Shown here one piece after another: positions 50,476 to 64,000 of a stretch of 64,000 nucleotides of DNA; position 1 is the first letter of the stretch; every line of letters begins with the position of its first letter. The stretch lies in contig OX597816.1 in NCBI GenBank assembly GCA_951406725.2, positions 101,432,001 to 101,496,000 on the forward strand. Direction: 5' to 3'. Source of the DNA: Octopus vulgaris (taxonomy: Eukaryota). The notes under the pieces were generated by a model that saw only the letters and a list, made by a program, of their open reading frames with translations, had not been told where the DNA came from and made no database searches. The position numbers were made by a program, and so were the translations under genes.

Positions 50476-50707
50476 AGTAAATGTCATCGCTTTTTTTTTT
50501 TTTGGCTGGCCTAAAGAGACTTAATACCAGTTATCATGATTCTGCATTTCATTTAACTGAGAAGAGATCATTCATACGATGGAAGTAGTAAAAATTGCAA
50601 TGCATCAGCTGGACCAAAATATTCTTTGCTACTTTGTAGATTGTTTTCAAGCAATGGCCTTTCTTCATTCTGCACGCACGCACGCACACACACACACACA
50701 CACACAT

Positions 50708-50749
<42 letters not shown>

Positions 50750-50904
50750 GATTCTATACACATATGTATGTATTTAAATTCATACATACATGTATATACA
50801 TATATACATACATATTTACATATAAATACGCATGCATACTTATATATATATGTATGTATATGTATGCATCCACAGATACACACATATATATATATATACA
50901 CACA

Positions 50905-50952
<48 letters not shown>

Positions 50953-51848
50953 TATATAAGTGCCCATGTACGTATAATGATTAGCTATCGGTTTTCCGCA
51001 TTTGTGAGAAAGCATCCATTGTCCTGCTGACTGCCGGTCATTATCAAGTACTTAATTTTACCATAAAATAGATCTACTCGATGACTAATGAAGCTCATTA
51101 ATCTCCTTCTTAGCATATATTATTACATATCCATAGAATGTCACTTATTGATTAAACAGCACCTTTTTTTTCCAAGATCAATCATTGTTCACGCGTTCAA
51201 TGCATGATTAGGGACATGCCCAGACTCCTACTTGTTGCACTTGACCAAGGAATGCTGTATGGTCAGTTGCTGGTCAACACTGAGGTAATTCATGCTATAG
51301 TTCGTGATTTTTTTTTAATGCCTGATTTGTTCTATGAGCATTCAGTATAAGTGTGAATGTATATCTGCGAATGTATGTATATACATGTGTATGTATAATG
51401 CGCATGTATGTATGCATGCATGTATGTATGCGTGTATGTATGAATGTACGAATGCATGTATATATGTACGTATGTATGTATGCATGCATGTATGTATGTA
51501 TGTACGTATGTATGTATGTACATATGTATGTAAGAGTGTAGGCAGATATGTGTGTGTATTTGCTGATTTGTAAGGGTATGTTTCTTTTGTATAATTATAT
51601 GAATACTCAAGCATCCACATACAGATAGGCATATTTACACAAGTACAAAGGCACAGTTATACATGCGGTTGTGTGTATGTATGTGTGTGAGGAAGGGAAA
51701 GACGGACATACAGACAAACAGACAGACAGAAGTTAATTCTCAAATGTAGCAAAGCAACTACAGGAATAAATTACTTGCTTTGAAACAGGGGCGATAAATT
51801 GATAAAACAAATATATAAATAAAAATTGTGTGAGTATGCATGTATGCG

Positions 51849-51928
<80 letters not shown>

Positions 51929-52002
51929 CATATATTTATGTATATGTATATATGTATATATATATATATACATATATATATATACATGTACATATATATG
52001 TA

Positions 52003-52054
<52 letters not shown>

Positions 52055-52111
52055 TATACATGTACATATATATGTACATATATATGTATATATGTACATA
52101 TATATGTACAC

Positions 52112-52160
<49 letters not shown>

Positions 52161-52321
52161 CAGACGTACCTACACAACTTACCCGCAAAGCAGCAAATAC
52201 ATAGGTAAACGGATACATGAAGCAAATAAATAAATAAATAAAAGGGTAATAATGGTGTATAAGAAGTAATGCGTGAATAGACACACACACAAGTGTGTGT
52301 GATAGATACAGCACACATATG

Positions 52322-52380
<59 letters not shown>

Positions 52381-53016
52381 GACATATATATAGTCCTCTA
52401 GCAATTCATCCTAAGCATACACCTATGTATGTGACATAACAGAGCTTTCTGCCTTCTCTTATTTATTTTTCCTCAAACTCTGATTGCAGACCCCTCTCTA
52501 TCTATGCCTTCCCTTTTTTCACTCTGTTATAACTTCTCTGACCCTCTCTCCTCTCTCTTCTCTCCTCTTTCCTCCTCTCTGTCTCCTTTCCTCTCTTTCT
52601 ATGTTATTCCCTTTATAGTTTATTTTTTTACTGCTATTGTTAATTACATAGTCAGCCACCTTGGGACAGGACAGTGGAGATTTGCTAACGGTATTTGTTA
52701 GTAATAATAATGATGATGATGATGATGATGATGGTGAGGTGTCTAGCTGTTAATAGTAGTGCTTGTATTAGTAGTAGTACAACTATAATGTTGGTAGAAT
52801 ACTGATGGTTTTGGTGGTGGTGGTGGTGGTGGTGGTGTTAATAGCCATGGTGAACACAGTGATGGTAATAGTGGTGGTGGTGGTGGTGGTGGTGGTGGTG
52901 GTATTGCTGCTGTTGCCGGTTGTGGTGGCGCTGAATGATGGTGGTGGTGGTGGTGGTGGTGGTGGTGGTGATCGACATCATATTATTAGTTGTTTTATAG
53001 TGTATTATTGTTTTGC

Positions 53017-53094
<78 letters not shown>

Positions 53095-53505
53095 AGGGAT
53101 GGGTGGGAGTGAAGTTGGTGGTTGGAGGCAGTGTTGGATACAGCGTTTGTGGTATTGGCTGCAGCGATTGTTGCGGTGGCGGTATTGGCGGTGGTTGTGG
53201 TGGAGAATGTTGTAGTTGCGGTCGCGCCAAGTATGAAGACTGAAATGTGGGCGTTCGAGGTTGATCAAAAGAATAAAGAAGATAGAAAGTAAGGAACACA
53301 AGAAAAAAATATATGTGTATGTGTATGTGTGCGTGTGTATGTATTTATGTTTGTTTGTATGTATATATGGTTGCATGCATAAATATAGCCGGTTAGATTA
53401 TATAAGAAATATTATTTACATATATTTGCATATAATTACATTTCCACTGGGCATTCTATACAAATTGCAGGATCAGATCTTAAACCTTCATCTCTCGCTC
53501 AATCT

Positions 53506-53569
<64 letters not shown>

Positions 53570-53680
53570 CTCTCTCCCTCTCTCTCTCTCTCTTTCCACA
53601 TTTTTCTATCTTTTTTTTCTATCATATTACAGACGTCTTTTTTTACATATTAATATAAAAAAAAGTATACGTGCATGTGT

Positions 53681-53745
<65 letters not shown>

Positions 53746-54352
53746 CATATATTTGCATTATATGAATGCGCATATAAACACATACACACACTGATAAAAA
53801 AAGAGAAAGAAAGAAAGACAGAAAGAAAAGGAAGAAAAAAGAAGAGATCAGACCGCATATCACTCAGCTCATTATTTTCAGTAATTCTAACGCCCACCAC
53901 TTTCTGTGGCTGTTTCCCCTCTAACCACAGTAAAATGGCCACCGGTCTAAAATATAAAACATTTACCATGGCCAACGACTAGCAAGAAATTAGCTTTTAT
54001 CTACCACCACCACCACCAACGTTTCAGTAATGTTCTTTATCGCTCAACCGGTTCCCAGACATGTTCGACCTCTCCCACTCATTTAGGTGCAAACTCTAAA
54101 GAACCATTACGAGTGTCTGTTCTCATACGCCTCTCTAATTAGAATCCTTAGTTAACGCATAAACTATTATTCTTTCATGAACCGCGAGGGTTAAAAAGGA
54201 AAATTTAAAACAGCTGGTTTTTAGTTCTAAAATCCCTAGTGTAAAGAGGATTTAGGATAAACAGTTCCTCTGGACAGAAAGCTAAGGACTTCTCTTTTAA
54301 GAATTTGTCTGGGGTAACGGGAGTATGTATAACAAAATTCCACACTTTATGC

Positions 54353-54448
54353 CAGTGGTTCCCAACCTATGCAGAGTGTTTCCCAACAGTGGTTCCCAAC
54401 AATTTTATTTAAATGAGTTTTCCCAGAGACTCCTCTTAATATGCCTAT

Positions 54449-54546
<98 letters not shown>

Positions 54547-54627
54547 TATATATATATATTTGAAATTTTGAATTTAGTTCACGGACCCCCAGTACTACAT
54601 TTGTGGACCAAGAGTTGAGAACCGCTG
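54353..54627. mobile_element. hAT-type MITE with an 8-bp TSD
   Basis: TIRs CAGTGGTTCCCAACCT and AGAGTTGAGAACCGCTG. Flanks are CTTTATGC and CTTTATAC. Confidence 0.82.
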
Positions 54628-56279
54628 CTTTATACGAATATACGCAACGAGCTTTTTAAATGTATAAGGGTTGAAAGCTCTTCTAATTCTATGCTGATGA
54701 GCACCGGCCACCATTAAATGCCCATTCCTTACTAAATATAACAAATCAGGAATATAAACAAAATGTGCTCACATGTGTGCGTACATGTATGTACTTTTGT
54801 GCACGTGCATGGTGTGTGTATGTGTTGTGTGTGCATGTGTGTGTGTTATATTTTATCGAATACCATATACCAAAATCACCACATGGGTTAAAAAGGGTTA
54901 AAAGAGTTTCTACTTCTGTACTGCAAAGAAAAGCCAACAATATATTTTAGTCTTAACTGAGAGGTTTTACAATACAACGTTGCTCTATGAAGAAAAGTGA
55001 CGGATCAAAGGGTAGACTTGACTCTTATATGTAATCTTTCGATCTTTGTGATCCTATCTGGATTACCAAACTTCTGTCAAACGCCTGACAACATTTCAGA
55101 AATAATTTAAATCAGTTGTTCAGAATCTGGACGTTAAAGCGCCTCCTTGGGGGTGTTGGGAGCTCACCAGGAAACTGCAATATATCAATGCATTGAGAGA
55201 GAGTAGTGTGCTTAGAAATAAAATGCCCAAACCAGGTACAATACTTATAAAACACATTTTCGAAACAATAGTTGTCGAGAGTAAAATATAAACAGGATAA
55301 TGTGTTAACAGTGAACAGAAACATGACTGATAATAAGTCAAGGTCCAGTATAATATCCTACGTGTTTCTGCCTTACCTACTTCCACACAAGTAGTTTTCT
55401 TGTATATAAACACTGTATGAGCGTAAAAGTGTCGGTTGTAAAGCTTATCAATCAAACATGTATCAATGTGCAGACACTGCTACGGCTATCTTCATTATAC
55501 ACGGTGTTTTCACTATTGCCTCAATCACATAATTGTCAATAATCATAATAGCACTCTGTACTCACTTCTCAAATTCTCTGTGATTTTTACTAATCGAAAC
55601 TTTGACTGTTCAGTAAAAACAAGCGCTAAATACAAATGTCACGCATGTCAATAACTAATATTATACCAATAATTCCTTACATATCAGCAAACTTGAATAT
55701 CTCTCTATTTGACATAACAATCTTCGAAGTTTTTTCAATGGTCAACATAGTCAAACATAAATTAAAACATTCTTCTTTTGGGATAAAAAAATAGCATAGT
55801 TCAGCTGGTAATTCCACGAGATATTCTACACAAACCTCAGTCGTATACGCGCATACTAACAGATATACAAACATACAGAATGAACGATGAAGGATGATGG
55901 AATGGAATGGAATGGAATGGAATGGAATAGAATAGAATAGGCACTTAATCCATGAAAATGCACATATAAACCCCAACACAAATATTCACAGAGAAAAATT
56001 CCAGCTCACATGCTGCAAGTGTTTACAGTAAAGCATGCACAAACTTTTGCATATACACAAACATGCCTATGCGCGTGTATATATATATTGTGTATGTGTG
56101 TGTATATACATAGTTAGATATACTACAATTGTATGCGCAGAGCTCTGCGTAGATCATTATTTTTCCTGTATAGTTAGTCTACAACTGTATTTGGCATTAC
56201 TACAAGTTACGATACACAGAGCATATGAAGTAAAAAAAAAATTAGATATTAGATCTCTGTAATAAAATGAAATAAAGTG

Positions 56280-56371
56280 TTCCCCTGATGATCCATTGCT
56301 GTTAGGCATCCAAATGCACATAGTACAATGCTGAGTTCCGAAGAAATGGATTGGTGAAACGTACGTAGGAA
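56280..56371 (+). ncRNA. Type I hammerhead-like motif with a long stem II
   Basis: UUCC(C)-CUGAUGA-UCCAUU...AAUGGAUUGGU-GAAA-CGUACG-UA-GGAA. Confidence 0.62.
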
Positions 56372-56856
56372 TCATTAATTTGTACTCGAGTTTATCTTAA
56401 TTTTCCACAATATATATGTACTTAGTTGAGTGTAGGTGTGCGTGTGTATGTATGTGTGTATGTATATATGCATGTATGAATGTATGTATGAATGTTTGTA
56501 TATATATATGCATCGGGATTAACGTTTTTTTTAAGCTGTTAGCTATTTTGATCTTAGCTAAAACGCCGAAGAGTGGTGTTTTAGCTAAAAAGAAAACGCA
56601 AGTTCTAAATTCATAACAGCGAAATTGTAGACCGTATACCGAAATAAATAGTTATGCTTTAAAATTTCAGTAAATGTGAAATCACGTAATCTGAAGTAAG
56701 CGTAATTCGGGGGATGGTTGTATTTTAAAAGTAGGGTGATGCGGTTAGCTGTCGACATACATGCAGATATGTATAACATACATACATACATACATACATA
56801 CATACATACATACATACATACATACATACATACATACATACATACATACATACATA

Positions 56857-58268
56857 GGAATGCTCTTAGGGCTGTCCTTAGAAAACTGGGTGTTGCTGAA
56901 AAGATGCTCAATGTCATCATTTCTTTCCATCAAGGGATGTTGGCTTCTGTCAGATCTAGAAGAAGTATCCGATTCAGTCACAGTCTCAAATGGGACAAAA
57001 TAAGACTATGCTCTTGCACCGCTCTTGTTTGCTTTGTATTTCTCCGTCATGTTGGAAACAGCGTCCGACGGTGTTAAAGAAGGAGTAAAGTTTGAGTACA
57101 GAACTGGTGGTAGCTTGTTCAACCAACAGCGCTTCAAAGCAAACAGTTCGAGAATTGCTCTTCGCAGACGATTGGGCAATTGTAGCACACACTCTTGAGG
57201 GAATGCAATGGATTCTAAACAACTTCTCATATGCATCGAAGAAGGCTTTTGGTTTGACTTTCAGCATCAAGAAAACTGAGCTTGTCCAGCAGCCCATTCG
57301 TTGACCATCTTCACATTGTTGCCCCTACTGTATATGTTGATAAGAAAGCATTAAAAACAGTTTCTTCCTTCACTTATCTTGGTTACATTGTGTCCAATAA
57401 CGCTAAGATGGATAAAGAAACTGAGCCCAGAATCGGAAAGGCTAGCTCCGCTTTCGGTAAGCTTTCTCACAGACTTTGGAACAGCCACGATGTATCGTTG
57501 AAGGTGAAAGTCGATGTATATAAATCGGTGGTCGTGACAACATTGCTTTATGGTGCTGAATCTTGATTCTGTACCGAAAGCACATCAACAAGCTTGACGC
57601 TTTTCATATGCGATGCTTGCGTACTATCTCCAACACAAAACCGAACGACCATATTCGAAACAGTGGGGTTCTAACAAAATGCAACATATCAGCTATTGAA
57701 GCCATCCTCATCAAAATACAATTTAGATGGTCGAATCATCTCTCACGTATGAGTGACATCAGAATTCGGTAGCATCTCTTTGGCCAATTACCAACAGAAA
57801 GGCGAGTTAGAAGGCCACTCTGTGCTACAAAAGACAAACTAAAAGACAATCTGAAGCGATACAATTTCTCTTTTCTTCCTGAAAAAAACAAAGCATCAGG
57901 AGGCAAGGCGTTGCGCCAATCCTGCTTCTCCTCAGTTCAAAGATTTGAGCAAAGTCGTCTCCAAAATTGGGACCAACTTTGTGCAAGATGAAAGCACGCT
58001 GGCAAAAAGCTGCCACTCTACATGGAAACCTTACTTGTCATCGTGACTTTGTGGCACAAAGCAAAACAGGCCTTGCCTTCCACTCAAGAAAACACATAGT
58101 AAATGATCCACATGTACTCGAGCAAACTGAGTCCACAATTTCTTCCATTTTTCAAGAGGTTTGCAAGGCACCAGCAAGCCTCAAGTGACACATTCGTGTC
58201 CATAGAAAATGATTAACGCTTTATTTTACTGAACGCTCATTTGTTGTTCACGACAAGAGAATCCATCA
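56857..58268 (+). mobile_element. RTE-clade LINE 3' half, decayed, with two C2H2 remnants
   Basis: RELLFADD, FTYLG, ASSAFGKL, TLLYGAES and FHMRCLR, then C-terminal SKTGLAFHSRKH and CKAPASLK*HIRVH. (CATA)n flanks both sides. Confidence 0.88.
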
Positions 58269-58322
58269 AACATACATACATACATACATACATACATACA
58301 TACATACATACATACATACATA

Positions 58323-58630
58323 ACTGAAACTAGCACTCCACCATTTACGACGACGGGGGTGCCAGTCGATCCAATCAACGGAACAGTTTGCTTGTGAGAT
58401 TAACGTGCAAATGGCTGAGTACTCCACAGACACTTGTAACCTTAACATAGTTCTCATAGAGAGTCAGCGGGACTCAGAATGTGACAAGGCTGGTCCTTTT
58501 AAAATACTACTCATGTTTGAGAGCTGAGAGTAGTGAGCAACGTGAAATAGAGTTTCTCACTCAAGGACACAACGCGTCGCCGGGAATTGAACTCACGACC
58601 TTACGATTGAGAGCCGAATACCCCAACCAT
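58323..58630 (-). mobile_element. tRNA-derived SINE
   Basis: The minus strand has the B box GAGTTCAATTCCCGG and a TGTGTCCTTGAGTGAGAAACT core. It is related to the SINE at about 48880-49230. Confidence 0.72.
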
Positions 58631-59623
58631 ACATACATATATTCGTATACACAGATGCACATACCTTTTTCTTTCTCCTCTTCTAATATTTTTCCCTGTT
58701 TTACTTAACTTGTCTGTCCTTGCTCTGTCAACCACATTCCTTACTTCCCAAATACCATACCTGTACACACATATGTACATTGACACGGACAGCACACACA
58801 TGCATTTCATGCTTACGCACTAACACCACTAGTCACACACACACACGCACACGCACGCAAACACACACACTCACTTTGCACAGACACTAACACCGTGACA
58901 CAAGGCCATATGCCGTTAGACAATGTCAGCCACCAGGTGTAGCACTGAGAGAAACAGTCGTATACCAAGGTGGTGTTACGTAATCAACCGTCTGTCAAAC
59001 AGCGAAATAGCTAAGCCCTTCCCCTCCTACAGCTTCCAATCCAGTCATCACTACTACCACCACCACCACCACCACCATCACCAACAACATATGTAAACAA
59101 TATCTGAAATATCACTTTGTTTATAACGTTGTCAATGTGTGAGTAGTATTTTGCAATAGGAGAAACACGAGAAACTAACAATGTATGGTAACAGCGAGGA
59201 GACAAAAATAAGCTGGCACAAACACTAAAGATCTGTGGTACTCAAAGAGTTTTACCAGGTGGTGGGGGGGGGGCTCACTATTGCACTGCAGCGTGAATTT
59301 CATATAATATAACTAAAAGCACATTGGAAAAACGAGTTATTATTAATTTTATTATACACAAGTGTAAGTAATAAAAGTAACTAAGCAATACTTTTCTACA
59401 TTTTTTTTCTAAATTTAAAACATTTTTTCTTCGTTTTCATTTGAAATTTGCCAGGTTGCCTCGAATCCAAATAAGTCTGAGAATTACTGTTATACACCGA
59501 TCTCACTCTCTCTCCCTCTCTCCCTCTCCCTCTCACTCACTCTCCTTCTCTCACTCTCTCCTCATTTCTTTCTTTTTTCACTATGTATGCATGTATATAT
59601 GTGTGTATATACATTCATACATA

Positions 59624-59721
<98 letters not shown>

Positions 59722-60779
59722 AATGTATGTATGACAAAATAGAGTGAAAAAACTACAGAAGACTCGTGTTATATGGTTAAAGAATATATTTAAATCATTA
59801 TGTTAGGAAAATGTTATAAAATTTTGTATAAAGTAACATTGTTTTTGGAGAAATAACCGGTTTCGTATTTTCTTTTCAAATTTCTGAAATTCCTTTACCG
59901 ATACTGTGTCACCTCTCCGCTATGAAGGGAAATGTATGTGTATATATATATATTATGTAAATAATCTTTTTTTATTGTGACACAAGGCCAGCAATTTTGA
60001 GGGGGTGAGGAAGCCGATTGCATCAACCCTGATACTTAACTGATACTTTTTTCATCGATCCGAGCGGATCGATGAAAAAAGTATCAGGCAAAGTCGACCT
60101 CGGTGGAATTTAAACCCAGACAGGCGGAATGCTGTTATGCATTTTAGCGTGATGTAGATAATTTCAATTATTCGACCGATGCCTTCTGCTGTATTTTAAG
60201 TTTCACGTGTTTTGTTGGTATACAACAAAAAATATACCTTAAACCAACAAAGTGGCTTTGGGCATAAGGACTTCACTGTTTTGCTGGTTAAAAGTTAAAA
60301 ATTAACACAGAAGTATATTCCCAGCTTAATATGAATAGGTTTTGCAAGAGACAACTGCGCTCGACTTGACAGAAGAATTTAACCTTTCACTTAAATTTTG
60401 AAAGAAAAAAAGAAACAAACAAACAAACAAACAAACAAACAAACAAAATAAAGAAAGAAATGAGAGAGTAAATGAAAAGAAAAGATGTAACGGAAGGGAA
60501 AAGGCAAGTGAAGATTAAACAATAGAGAAAGATGTTTTAAATACCAGGATTAGACTGATGAATACTGAAGAGCTATTTTAGAAACTTTTTAGTTGCTGTT
60601 TAACCTGATCATCAGATCTGTAATCCAGCTGTTTATTGTGGAGTGAGCGAGCGATCAATTACAGACTCTTTCGTTGATTCGAGCTTTTTGTCCAATATAT
60701 TTGGTTATTAACTATGGTTCTTGCAGATCGTCTGAAGCAAAAGTGAGGTTGATGAGTTGATGTTTATCTTGTATGTATA

Positions 60780-62376
60780 ATATAGCATTGCCAGATGAAG
60801 TACTGGGGAGCAGAGATCAGCAAACAACCAAGCTGCAGATGATTTCCCAGCTACCCTGAAGCAGCATATGGAAGTAGAGTCCCTTACCCCAGAACCACTG
60901 CACAATGCAGATAAGTCCGGCTTCTACTGGAAGATGCTACCAAACAACACCCTAGCAGTAACAACAGATACTCATAAGACCTTGGGCTACAAACAGGCAA
61001 AGAACAGACTCACCATCCTCTTTGCCTGCAACGGCACCCACAAGCTTAAACCCCTGGTTGTGGGCAAGTTTCGATCATCCAGGTGCTTCCACCATGTAAA
61101 CATGAACAATCTACCAGTGTTTTACAAACACTCAGCCACGTTATGGATGATAGCCAGCATTTGTCTCTAGAGTTAGGAGCCACCTTAGGAGCCTCGACCT
61201 TCCGGAGAAAGATATCCTCCTGCTAGATAACTGCTCCGCCCACCCACAGGGAGACATCCTACAGACCAGAGATGGTCAGATCAAGGTCCTCTATCTATCT
61301 AAGAACACAACCAGCAAAATACAGCCCTGTGATCTGGCATCATTCAGGCCTTCAAAACCACTTGCAAGGTGCTCATCCTGGAAATGATAGAACTTCCGCT
61401 TAGTGTTCCAGACTATCTTAAGCAGCTTACCATCAAAGATGCCAGTTACTTGTCAGGCAGAACCTGGGCTGCAGTGTCAACCAAGACCATAGCCAACTGC
61501 TGGAATAAGGCCCTTGGTGCAGCTTTCCCACAGCCCCAAGAGCCAGAGCTAGAGCCAGAAAAAGAGGAATTCACGGGATTAATTGAGGAGGAGACCAGGG
61601 CAGTAGAACAATGTCTAGAGGATCATCTAGAGGAGACAATGAACCTGCAAGACTAGGTTAACGGGTGGTAGGGAGCAGAAGAGGCCGCACCCCCAACAGA
61701 GACACTGACAGACGTCCAGATTGTGAAGCAATTATGGAGGAGCCAGAAGATGACACAGAGGAAGTGGAGACGCCAGCCCCAGCCAATACTCATACAAAGG
61801 CTGTCTCACACCTCAAGAATACACTGAATGTGAAGACTATGACCCAGACTACACCATGCACCTAAAGAACCTGCTCAGGCAGACACGGATTAAGATGAGG
61901 AAAAGACTGTGCATGAAGAAGCTGACAGACTTTTTTATGTGATTGAATGAAAAGCAATTCAATGTGAACTTTCATAAATGTAACTCTATTAATTAAACAT
62001 ACTTTTAAGGGCTTTCAAATCATTCCCTAGGTGGCATGACATCAGAAATGCAATGTAAAAGCACTTCATAAGTATTTATTGAGAATTCTTATTTTAGAGT
62101 CAGCAGTAACTACTTACGGAAGTAAACAATGTAAATATTTTTTTAAGTTGTTGTAAGTACTGTAATTCATGATATTTTATAAGTAATTTATTGTTATTGT
62201 ATAATGAATGTTAAACTTGATTGAATATGTTATTTTCGTTCGTGCACTTTACTAATGAAGTCAAATTTCTTTTATTATTGCCTGCCCCTCCACCCTTACC
62301 CGTGAATCTGCGGTCCGGATAGAACGCGGTTGGTTTTCTTGGACCCTAGCACCCCCGTTATAAAGAGGTAACACTA
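60780..62376 (+). mobile_element. pogo/Tigger-type DNA transposon remnant (DDE_1 transposase pseudogene and probable right end)
   Basis: NADKSGFYWKMLP, KNRLTILFACN, KLKPLVVGK, LLLDNCSAHP and NTTSKIQPCDL. A TIR-like right end ...CGTTATAAAGAGGTAACACTATA lies at about 62355-62378. Confidence 0.85.
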
Positions 62377-62731
62377 TAAAATAAACACACTTGTGTGTAT
62401 GTGTATATTTTTGTGTATATGTAAGCATATATCTGGTCATATATACGTAGGTAGGTAGGTAAGTATGTAGGTAGGTAGATAGGAAAGTAGGTAGGTAAGT
62501 CAGCCGCCACTCCTCACGTTTGTTTCTGTTCATCGTTCGTTTCAAGTCCAACATAGTTTGACTTTCCACCGGATCACAGCAGGATACGGAGGATATGGAG
62601 GAAGAAAGCGCAGATGATGTTGAAACCTTATCATAAACACATCTGGCAGAGAAGTTAATAGATAAATCCGGAACTTGCTCCTGGTTTAGACGAACGGATC
62701 TGACATCCTTCCGCATCGTCACGAGTGTGTA

Positions 62732-62773
<42 letters not shown>

Positions 62774-62798
62774 AGAGAGAGAGAGAGTGTGTGTATGT

Positions 62799-62835
<37 letters not shown>

Positions 62836-64000
62836 TGCGCGCGCGAGTGGTGGAGGTGTATGTGGGCGTTTGTGTGTGGAAATAGACCTTGACATCTATT
62901 ATTAAGTTTTTGTTCACTTAGCGTCATCAGAGAGATGATGGTGATTTACCAGTGACCGCATTTTCTTGGAACCGGTGAGGTTATTGATATTTCTGCTGTT
63001 TACGTATGTTTGTTTTTGGTTTTGGTTTTTAATTTAGAACTTAGTGGAAAAGATCTTGTGCTTACAGTTGCGATTTTTATGTTATTTTTTTAGTTCCACA
63101 TTAACTGTGATCAAGTAGATATATGCTGACAGACATCCCAACCGTAACCATTTTTATGTTCAGGGAACCTAGGGTTACACTATCCAATGTCTCCTGTTTT
63201 TTTTTAAGACAGTGTGATGTGATATTAGAGAGATGCTGCTGGTATTTCGAGCAGGCTGAGTGACCACATTCACTCGGTCAATAAAACTGAGCATACTCTT
63301 GACCAAAAATATATGGTCATGTGATTATATCAGAAATGTTTAACTGAAATGCCTGTACACACAAACATTAGAAAGAACCTATTAGAAATAGCACTTAAAT
63401 TCACCTCAAAGCACACCGGTAGCTCTCAAACACCCTGTAAGTCTCATTCAGGATCGCTAGATCAATTTCCGACAGTTGGAGAGGGTGGAGATGTCGGCAT
63501 GTTACATGGATTGGCCCACTCTTCTTCCTTAACGTTAAAACAAATATCCCCAGGTTTTTCCTCCAGATTCTCGGTAGGATCTTTGCCCCACAGCACAGCT
63601 ATCAAAGTATTTTAATTAGTAATACAAAGTTTACCCGACTCCACAAGATCCAACGTGGCCACCCTTACAGCAGTTTCTAAAAGGAGCAAGTTTCCGAGAT
63701 ACAATCCTGATATAGCCAGTAAAAAGGGGCAGATGATTCTTGTGGTGCCCCTAGAGCCGATACCTCTCGCAAGCCAAAACTGTAAAATCCGCTATGTAGA
63801 AGATCATGGCGTTGGGATTAACTGCAAAACTGAAGATTTGCTACCCGATGATGCGCTAACCAGACTAACCCCTACCCAGTGCTATACGAATAGAATGATA
63901 GTTGGACTCTCGATCTGCAGTTTTCCACTCCTGAGTTGTAACTTTAAGACTCTCGTGGAATTCCCCCTAGCCAGTCACTGTGTTCAACTTGATGCTGTAT

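Noticed and set aside
59902-59916. Left TIR for the pogo/Tigger element
   Set aside because: It is only a short, mismatched resemblance to the right end and is not convincing.
62500-62720. Host exon within ORF 62261-62917
   Set aside because: The core is non-repetitive with a plausible acceptor, but no protein is recognisable and the ORF length comes from flanking microsatellites.
63340-64000. L1-like RT remnant on the minus strand
   Set aside because: The composition looks coding-like with faint motif echoes, but no unambiguous RT motif could be read.

Overview
This is an AT-rich, microsatellite-saturated animal genomic window. The SINE families and repeat load resemble Octopus or another coleoid cephalopod (inference, not checked). 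I recognise no host protein-coding gene, and most ORFs in the track are microsatellite noise. The window is a stack of mobile elements: two CR1/L2-group LINEs, three or four RTE LINEs ending in C2H2 zinc fingers (up to three per element), two R4/Dong-like fragments, a Tx1/L1 fragment, Tc1, pogo/Tigger and hAT fossils, MITEs, a probable Helitron and many tRNA-derived SINEs. The most interesting signal is invisible in the ORF track: a dense set of type I hammerhead ribozyme (HHR) motifs. A 5'-truncated Naiad-like Penelope element (22.9-29.5 kb) has inverted pseudo-LTRs that each carry an HHR. Nested in its 3' UTR is an unrelated, non-coding 480-bp HHR-bearing tandem repeat with a spacer-less palindromic arm, which looks like a retrozyme. 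At least four more unrelated solitary HHR motifs and several decayed ones lie elsewhere, mostly near (TA)n tracts. They share a palindromic minimal stem III and mostly a UA cleavage site, and several have a non-canonical U-U at the base of stem II. All calls were made by eye, so boundaries are approximate and no ribozyme activity is demonstrated.
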